From Octopus vulgaris (Eukaryota): a DNA stretch of 64,000 nt. The translations under genes and the position numbers were made by a program. Below, piece by piece: positions 55,494 to 64,000 of the stretch. Position 1 is the stretch's first letter. The number at the start of each line of letters is the position of its first letter. The notes under the pieces were generated by a model. It saw nothing but the letters and a program-made list of their open reading frames with translations, was not told the origin of the DNA and searched no databases. Location: contig OX597826.1 of the NCBI GenBank assembly GCA_951406725.2, positions 5,332,001 through 5,396,000 of the forward strand. Reading direction: 5' to 3'.

Positions 55494-55707
55494 TGGAATT
55501 TTGTCAGTGAACAGGTCGCGGTCTGAAAGCGACGAAAATATTTTGGCAAATTGAATTTAAATGTTGAAGTGAATCTAACGGTTTTGTGTGTTTCTTAAAT
55601 GGCTTCAAAACACCTCCCACGCTGCAATTGCTTTCGTTCCAGCACACGATCTCAGATCAGGTCACTTGCTATGCAAGTATATCTCCGTAATATATATATA
55701 TATGACT

Positions 55708-56495
55708 TTTATACTTATTGTTTTCGTTTCTGTTATTTGATTGCCGCCATAATGGGTCGATGCCTTTAATGGTTTTAGCTGAACAAATGAACTCCAGAAC
55801 TTTTTGTATTAAAATCCTATTGCTTATTTTCTCGGTCTCGTTTGACGAAACGCTAACTTGCAGGGACGCAAGCACAGAAATGCTGGAATTATGCGTTGGT
55901 GTAGAACTAACACAGACACAAAGGCACACACATACACACATATACACACGCGCGCGCGAGAGGGTGTTCTTTCAGTTTCCGTCTACAAACAACTCCACTC
56001 ACAAAGCTTTGGTCGGCCCGAGGTTATTGTAGAAGACTCTTGCCTAAGTTGCCACGCTAAGGGACTGAACCCTTCTGAGTGGGTTCGGTAGACAGAAACT
56101 AAAAGAAGCCTGATGTATGTGTGTGTGTGTGAGTGCGTGTTTGTGTATGAGTTTCTCCCACACCATTTCCGCATGACAACCGCTGTTGGTGTGTTTACAT
56201 CCCCGTAACCTACCTGTTCGTGAAAAGATACCTATACAATAGGTACCAGGCTTAAATACTGGAGTGATAATTCGACTGAAAAATGTTAAGTGTTACATCA
56301 GCATAACCATAGTCGAATATTTGAAACAAGTGAAAGAATAAAAGAATATATAGTAGCTTGCTTACCAACCACATGGTACCGTGTTCAGTCCCACTGCGTG
56401 GCACCTTGGGGTGCTGTCTTCTACTACAGCCTCGGACCGACCAAAGCATTTTGAGTAGATTTGGTATATAGAAACTGAAAGAAGCCCGTCATATA

Positions 56496-56543
<48 letters not shown>

Positions 56544-56770
56544 TGTTTTATGGGTGTGTATGTTTGCGTGTCTGTGTTTGATCCCCAACATCGCCAACAT
56601 CGCATGACAACCGATGATGGTGTGTTTACGGCCCCGTAACTTCGCGGTTCGATAAATAGACCGATAGAATAAGTACAAAGAATAAGTCCTGGGACCGATT
56701 TGCTCGAGTAAAGGCGGTGCTCCAGCATGGCCGCAGTCAAATGACTGAAACAAGTAAAAGATTAAAAGAT
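55708..56770. mobile_element. Cluster of SINE family B copies: minus (about 55708-56070), plus headless (about 56075-56346), plus (about 56352-56770)
   Basis: Shared motifs CTTTCAGTTTCCGTCTAC, GGTAGACAGAAACTAAAAGAAGCC, TAGCTTGCTTACCAACCACATGG..CACTGCGTGGCACCTTGG and the tail GACTGAAACAAGTAAAAGA. Confidence 0.88.
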
Positions 56771-56782
56771 ATATATACGTAC

Positions 56783-56829
<47 letters not shown>

Positions 56830-57007
56830 TATATATGCATATACGCAAACACACAGATATATATGTATGTACATACATATCGAATGATAGGGGCTTTTTA
56901 AAAAAGATATGAAATATGTCATCAGAATGTCACTGACCTTTTTGGAAGGAGTTCTTTTCCTAGTGTGTGTGAATGCTTTCGATCAATCTTTTCGAACACA
57001 CGTTCTA

Positions 57008-57069
<62 letters not shown>

Positions 57070-57239
57070 AAAGTATGTATATAAAGAGATAAAATGATAA
57101 CTAATTAGATAGGTAGATGTTTCTAAATCTCTCTTTCACGCACAGAGACGTATATAATAGTATATCCACAGATATCCATAGATATTACAGTCGCACGCAT
57201 ACGGGCAAATACCTACGCGCAGACACTTGCACACACACA

Positions 57240-57301
<62 letters not shown>

Positions 57302-57704
57302 TAGGCATACACACTCGCGCACGTACGCAAGCTCGTACAAATCTCTCCAGCACCACACGTACACATGCTTTCGCTTACCGTATTTCAAACACAGTTATTC
57401 AGGTTAACTACGAAATAATGACATAAAACTAATATTATTTATTTATTTATCTGCTTCAATTTTTTTTCCTTCATCCCTTTCTGCCGCCGTTCCTACTTCA
57501 TTTTTATGGAATGTTATCTAACTAGGGTGCGTCTTCAGCAAACCAAAGGAGAATAACTGTTCATTAGTTGAGTCAATCTAGCGTGACCACCACATACTAA
57601 TAGTGAGATGAGAGAAGAAAAAGAAAGTAATGTAAATATAACGGGGGCGGGGCGCAGTTCTAAGGATGTGAGCCACAATCTACTGATAAGACAAAATAAA
57701 ACAT

Positions 57705-57763
57705 TTGTAATAATAATACTAATAATAATGATAGTAATAGTAGTATTAGTAGTAGTAGTAGCC

Positions 57764-57818
<55 letters not shown>

Positions 57819-57847
57819 TATCAATAATAATAATAATAATAATAATT

Positions 57848-57892
<45 letters not shown>

Positions 57893-57936
57893 CCAATAAT
57901 AATAATAATACTACTAATATTAATAATATTAATGAT

Positions 57937-57977
<41 letters not shown>

Positions 57978-58025
57978 TATCAATACTACTACTACTACTA
58001 CTATTACTACTACTACTACTACTAC

Positions 58026-58063
<38 letters not shown>

Positions 58064-58116
58064 TCAATACTACTACTACTACTAATAATAATAATATTAA
58101 TGATATTAAGAATAAA

Positions 58117-58195
<79 letters not shown>

Positions 58196-58232
58196 TTGAT
58201 GATGATGATGATGATAATGATGATGATGATAA
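57705..58232. repeat. Compound (AAT)n/(ACT)n/(GAT)n trinucleotide array
   Basis: Direct reading. It explains the 212-282 aa poly-I/L ORFs. Confidence 0.97.
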
Positions 58233-58735
58233 AAATAGCAACAAGATAACGATAAAGAAATGGAGGGTATAAGAAAAATAAAACAAAAAAAAACCCAAAA
58301 ATATTACAAACTGAAATGATAATTAATAATAAAAATAATGAAATATATTCTCCACAAGGAATAAACAAAGCACAATAAAACATAAAGTTACACGGTTGAA
58401 GACAAATATTTCGGGGCGTTCATATATAAATAAACTGAAATCAGCAAAGCAGGTTTAAGTACACGTATACGAGAATATGTGGTCACGTGGGATCGTGATT
58501 TAATATGCGCAGGGATTACGTTATTGGAGTAAAACATGTTTATGTTAATTATAGTCTAGAACATGACCACAGGATGTGCAAGGTGCGCTGTATGCATACA
58601 CCCACATACATACATACGTGCATACGTATGTACATGCATACATACATACATACATACATACATACATACATAAATACACACACACTCACGCATACATACA
58701 AACATATACATACATGCACATATACATATATTCCT

Positions 58736-59134
58736 TGACTTGTTTCAGTCATTTGAACGCGGCCATGCTACAGCACCGCATTAACGGATTTTTCGTCGAA
58801 GAAATCGAACGCAGGTCTTGTTCTTTGTTAGCATAGTACCTACTCTATCGGTTTCTTTTGATGAAAGGTGAAATGATGGGGACGTAGACACATCAGCACC
58901 GGCTCTCAAGCGGTGACACAGGCACAAGCACAGACACAAACGAAGACGCACATAGAAACATACATATGTACGACGGGATTCTTTCAGTTTCCGTTAACCA
59001 AATCCTTTCACAAGGCTTTGGTCGGCTCGCGGCTATAGTAGGAGAAACTTGCCCAAGGTGCCATGTAGTGGGACTGGACCCGGAACCATGTGGTTGGGAA
59101 GTAAGCTTCTCACCACACAGCCGCACCTACGCCT
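58736..59134 (-). mobile_element. SINE family B, full length
   Basis: CTTGTTTCAGTCATTTGA tail and CCCAAGGTGCCATGTAGTGGGACTGGACCCGGAACCATGTGG..CACACAGCCGC head. Confidence 0.9.
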
Positions 59135-59667
59135 ATATATACATATATATATATAAATCATAAGAGTCTCTGGTTGCTGGCTTTGCTAGCTGGAAGTGCC
59201 TATCTCTCCTGTTCGAAAACTTAAGGACACGGACTGTCGTGTCACATAGCCAACCGGAAATCATGTTTCCTGGGGCTAAATAGCAGTAGCATTCTTGTCT
59301 TACATGGGACTGCCACATGAAGTTGCAACAATCCATCACTTTATCGTGCTACTATTGTATAAGTCTCTCTGTGAGATTTAGAAATGCAATATATTATATG
59401 TATGTATGCATGCATGTATGTATGTATGTATGTACGTATGTATGTATGTATGTATGTATGTATGTATGTATGTATGTATGTATGTATGTATGTATGTATG
59501 TATGTATGTATGCATGTGTGTATGTATGTATGTATATATATATATATATTGTTGTATTTAGGAATGGTCATTTTGCCAGTTTAGCCAATAAAAACACACG
59601 CACTATATATTTGGTGTTACTTTGCTTCAGTGTTATTTATTTTTTACATTAATCTTAATCTTATTTC

Positions 59668-59711
59668 GGCCAGAGTTCTTTCGTCAACTCCTGTGACCGC
59701 ATCAGTGGTCC
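59668..59711 (-). ncRNA. Minimal type I hammerhead-like motif (variant core)
   Basis: GGACCA CUGAUGCG GUCA caggagu UGAC GAAA GAAC UC UGGCC. Confidence 0.55.
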
Positions 59712-60102
59712 TTTGTTTTCTTCTTACTTATTTGTGTCTCTCCTTACTAACCGTCAGCCATTTTGTATTTCTATTGTATGTCTTCATTTACGCATGCTTA
59801 TATCTCTATATGCGTTTATGTTTATTTAGTGTGTGTATGTGGGGCATGCCTGTAATAGTTGTATCTTCTGTTTATATAAAAAAAAATACAAAATACAAAT
59901 TACATGAAGATATAAAATTACAAATTACATGAACATATATAAACAGGTTTTACAAATATTACAGGCATCCCACACATACACTCACTAAATAAACATAAAC
60001 GCACATAGAGATATAAGCATGCGCAAATTAAGACTTACAATAGAAATACAAAATGGCTGACGGTTAGTAAGGAGAGACACAAATAAGTAACAAGAAAACA
60101 AA

Positions 60103-60147
60103 GGACCACTGATGCGGTCACAGGAGTGTGACGAAAGAACTCTGGCC
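60103..60147 (+). ncRNA. Minimal type I hammerhead-like motif (variant core)
   Basis: GGACCA CUGAUGCG GUCAC aggagu GUGAC GAAA GAAC UC UGGCC: stem I CCA/UGG plus GG/CC, 5-bp stem II, 2-bp stem III and a CUC site. Confidence 0.6.
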
Positions 60148-60759
60148 GAAATAAGATTAAGATTAATGTAAAAAATAAATAACATTGAAGCAAAATAACA
60201 CCAAATATATATAATGCGTGTGTTTTTATTGGCTAAACTGGCAAAATGACCATTTCTAAATACAACAATATCTGTTTCAACACACGACTTCACATAAAAA
60301 ATCTTGCACAACAAATATATATATATATATACAAAATACGAAAATATGGAATACGAAATTCCTTTACGAACAACGAAAGAAACAAATGGAAAACAAGAAA
60401 AGCATAATGAACAACCCTTCATCAGTTGTCGTCTGTCTATCTACTCCACATTTCGAGCAAGATGTCTTCGAGAAAACATTTGCTCCCACAAAGCAAAATG
60501 AAATTTGGGATTTGCGGAGGGTCAACATTGGTAATAAATACAGCTTTGATAGGAAAATATATAGGAGAGGAGACAGACAAGAATGCGTGTGATCTGTGTG
60601 GCAAATCAAAAGGAAAGAAAGAAGTCAGAATCTTTTCTTCTTTGTTCTGACTGTCGACTGCCAACTCCACTTATTTTCAGTTCTATATTTAAGAGATGAG
60701 GAATTATGAACAGTATTTCCATTATTTACATTCGCCGGATATTTGTCCTGTTTGTTGTT

Positions 60760-60805
60760 AATACAACGTTTCGGCTGATATACCCTCCTGCCTTCTTCAG
60801 GTGTC
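60760..60805 (-). ncRNA. Minimal type I hammerhead ribozyme (PLE-type)
   Basis: GACAC CUGAAGA A GGCAG gaggguauau CAGCC GAAA CG UU GUAUU: intact core and palindromic AACGUU at stem III. One mismatch each in stems I and II. Confidence 0.72.
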
Positions 60806-60857
60806 TTGGGGAAATTTCGAACCTCGGAATGAGAACCCAGGTTCGAAATTTCCCCAA

Positions 60858-60903
60858 GACACCTGATAAAGGCTGGAGGGTATATCAGCCGAAACATTGT
60901 GTT
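60858..60903 (+). ncRNA. Minimal hammerhead copy with mutated core
   Basis: GACAC CUGAUAA A GGCUG gaggguauau CAGCC GAAA CA UU GUGUU: perfect stems I and II but G8>A. Confidence 0.65.
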
Positions 60904-61195
60904 AACAAGAAACATGATGAGGACAAATATTCGTCGAATGTAAATAATGTAAATAATGTACCACTTATGTTCATCCCCTATGTTCCTGCCTTTAGGCTTT
61001 CACTTCATACACGCCAGTTTAAGTTAATTCGTTCTCAGTCGAAAGACACCTGTTGTTATTTTCTTGTTGTAATTGTGTACCATGATCTCCGTTTTTTGTC
61101 TTAGTTGTCGTATACATCGGCTAGCATTCTTACAGAAAAATCTAATCCTCTTAGCTTAGATATTTTGGGGGCAACCAGATAGAACTGTCTCATGT

Positions 61196-61249
61196 GTAAC
61201 TGCTCGAAACAGTAACTGCTCGAAACAGTAACTGCTCGAAACAGTAACT
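61196..61249 (+). repeat. 16-bp tandem repeat GTAACTGCTCGAAACA x3.4
   Basis: Three perfect units plus GTAACT. Confidence 0.97.
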
Positions 61250-62139
61250 TGATTGAGGAAAGAATGCCACGAATGAGCCGTATTTTTTTGCCTGTCCTTC
61301 TAATTGTTGTTTCTCTTGTTCGCATTTGTATGGCCTATCTGTCCGAATGTTTTATTGTCCTGTATTGCGTTCTTGTTCCATTATATATATATATATACAT
61401 ATACTAGAGATAGATAGATATAGATATAGATATTCACATCCACACACATTCACATATACATACTTATATATTTATTACACACACGTGCGCTCACACACAC
61501 ACACACACACTCACCCCCCCCCCCCCATTTATATATACACACACATATATATATCGCCTTCGCCTGCACGATAACTTGAGAGAGATTAGCTAATGGGCAA
61601 CGTTTAATGGACTTCATTCAGCCGTAGCCATATTTTTCAGATCCCACTTGGTTGAAGAGGAAAGTTAAGTTGGCCTTCTGTACATTCCAATTCGTTGGAT
61701 TTGCTAGCAGGCGGATACAAGTGACGAAAATGAAATGATATATAGGTCTATGCTCTTAAATCCCCTAGACTCCGAGGACAGCTTTCGGAAGCATTTGCTC
61801 ATAATATTCAGGGTTACCCTATATAAGAGGAGTCATTATTTTGTCGTAGGTTTGTCTCCCGGCATAGCATCATACCATGCCATTACACATGATTTCCATA
61901 CGCATCTCTTAGAATCGATTCTACATAACAATCACCGTTGATGATTGATTTAGGAAGTTTGGTATTTCAAAATAATGTAAAAAAATCTTAATGAGAGAAT
62001 GAAAAAAGTTGTGATAACATTCATAAAACGTAGAATCAATCGCAATTTCAATAGAACTCATGAACATTTAAATATAAACTCACACATACTCATACACACA
62101 TTCAGACACGCACACATTTATGTATTTACAAATGCAATC

Positions 62140-62172
<33 letters not shown>

Positions 62173-63239
62173 TGTATGTATGTATGTTTGTATGTATGTA
62201 TATGTGAGTATGTATGTAAGTATGTATATATGTTTGTATGTATGTATGCATATATATATATATATATATACACACACTTACATATATATAAGCACATACA
62301 TATTCAGATATTTACACACATATGTAAATTATGTATGTATGTATATATATAGAGAGAGACATACATACATACATACCCACAGACACACACACACACACAT
62401 ACATATATATATATATGAACACATACGCATACATATATCAACATCAGCCCCTAAATATCATCATTCAGCCCTCCCAAATTACATGATACCATCAAACGAC
62501 TTGCTGCTGATATCTGGTGTTATTAATAACATATTAAGATCTCTAACGACTAGTCAGATGACGCTGATAACTTTTTATGGTTTTCCTTTATTGTATTAAT
62601 AATAGTTTAGTTATGTTTTACTGTGCGTGTCCATCTTTTTTTATTCCTTTTTGTGTTTCTGATAGGACTGTTTATTAATAATTGTGTGTTTATTATTTTG
62701 TTGTTATTTTACATATTTTTTCTTAACTTCTATTATTTATTTTAATTTTTTTTATTCATGTTTGTCTTCCTGTTTTCAGTAGTCGCTTATTTTCGTTTGT
62801 TTAACTCTAATAATTTTCCTACTGGGAGTTGATGTTGTAATTATATTTTACATCTTTGTTGTGTTTTAAATTGTAATATTGGTTTCTAAGTTTAGCGTAG
62901 ATTCATTATCGTAGGATAATTAGGATGTAGACAATATAATAGACCCACCTTGACCACTGCTGCTTATTTAATCTACAATTTTTTTTTCTGGCGTAGGACG
63001 AGCAAATATAAACGCAAGTGAAATTTGAAGTCAGAATGTTAGAAAAAAACCATATACATCGTATTTACTCATGCACAAAGCAAGTAATTTAATACAAACC
63101 GCCCGAATCATATAAACAGCGAATCATTATTACGGCCTGTGTGAAAAAATTGACAGTAAAATATGATGGAGGGGGGCTCGTTATGTTGTAGGAAATTACA
63201 TTGTTATTATAATAAATTATGCTAATGAGATGAATGAGG

Positions 63240-63370
63240 CTGCGAGCGGTGAGAGTTGCTAGCGCTTTGGGCAATATGGTTAGAGGCATTTCTGCAACAC
63301 CTTTAGCTTCTGGATTCAAATCCATCCGCGGGCAGCTTTGCTTCATAATTTTGCTTTTTCTTTGTCGTTT
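63240..63370 (+). mobile_element. Very degenerate SINE family A head
   Basis: GCTAGCGCTTTGGGCAATATGGTTAGAGGCATTTC..TTCTGGATTCAAATCC..GCTTTGCTTCAT. Confidence 0.55.
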
Positions 63371-63371
63371 A

Positions 63372-63450
<79 letters not shown>

Positions 63451-63788
63451 AGTATGTATGTATATATAAAAAATACAGAAATAGAACAAGAACGCAAAGC
63501 ATGCGGACAGCTAGGTGATGCAAAAAGGGACACCAAATCATCCAGATAGACGATACAAAGAAAACAAGAACGGGTCATATATACATATCTATATATATAT
63601 ATATATATTATATATAGAGGATTTACAGGATAGTACTGTTTATTCAAGAGAAATCTTCCTTAAGATATAGTATATATATATATATTAATTTTATATATAC
63701 CTTATACTGTGGTTATCAACCCGGGATACATATATATATACATGTTTGTCATATTTCCCGATGTCTTCTTATTTAATCCTAAAACAGA

Positions 63789-63876
<88 letters not shown>

Positions 63877-64000
63877 ACGCCAAAGTGAAGGCATTTGAAA
63901 GATACACATAAATATAATTTGTTGAACTCTATGCATGCGGGACTCCGGTCAAATGTTATGTATCTAGTTCTGCAAATTATGTTTGTATACGACACACTAT

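Larger units (their letters stand above)
59546..60315. mobile_element. Fold-back element (about 333-bp arms, about 57-nt spacer, about 44-nt tail) between (TA)n runs; Penelope-like terminus
   Basis: 59546-59878 is the reverse complement of 59936-60271. Tail 60272-60315, then (TA)n. A hammerhead-like motif lies in each arm and a third copy lies at 31414. Confidence 0.88.
60680..60960. mobile_element. Fold-back element (about 105-bp arms, 14-nt spacer, about 40-nt tail) with 13-bp TSD; Penelope-like terminus
   Basis: 60720-60824 is inverted at 60839-60949. Tail 60680-60719. TSD CCACTTAT(T/G)TTCA at 60667-60679 and 60961-60973. Confidence 0.88.

Noticed and set aside
57642-57653. GC box GGGGCGGGGC
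   Set aside because: A single motif with no CpG island or downstream gene evidence.
61196-61249. CRISPR-like short repeats
   Set aside because: Units are directly tandem with no spacers, the context is eukaryotic, and there are no cas genes.

Overview
AT-rich, microsatellite-dense eukaryotic non-coding DNA (intron or intergenic). The SINE and repeat content looks like an octopod cephalopod (Octopus-like) genome; this is recognition from memory, not a database result. No host protein-coding exon, tRNA gene, rRNA gene or CRISPR array can be supported, and almost all ORFs in the track are microsatellite or SINE artefacts. The window contains: at least three tRNA-headed SINE families plus an older degenerate repeat; decayed Tc1 (DD34E-type), rosa/DD41D and mariner transposons; a non-autonomous Helitron with intact ends; an RTE-like LINE relic; and a 2.1-kb ORF1-only (CCHC zinc-knuckle) retroelement inserted into a SINE with a 15-bp TSD. 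The most striking signal is three unrelated fold-back elements (about 50955-51437, 59546-60315 and 60680-60960, plus a solo arm at 31414-31635). They share one architecture: an inverted arm lacking a tail, a short spacer, then an arm plus tail. Each carries a type I hammerhead-ribozyme-like motif with a non-canonical extra core nucleotide, which points to Penelope-like retroelement termini.
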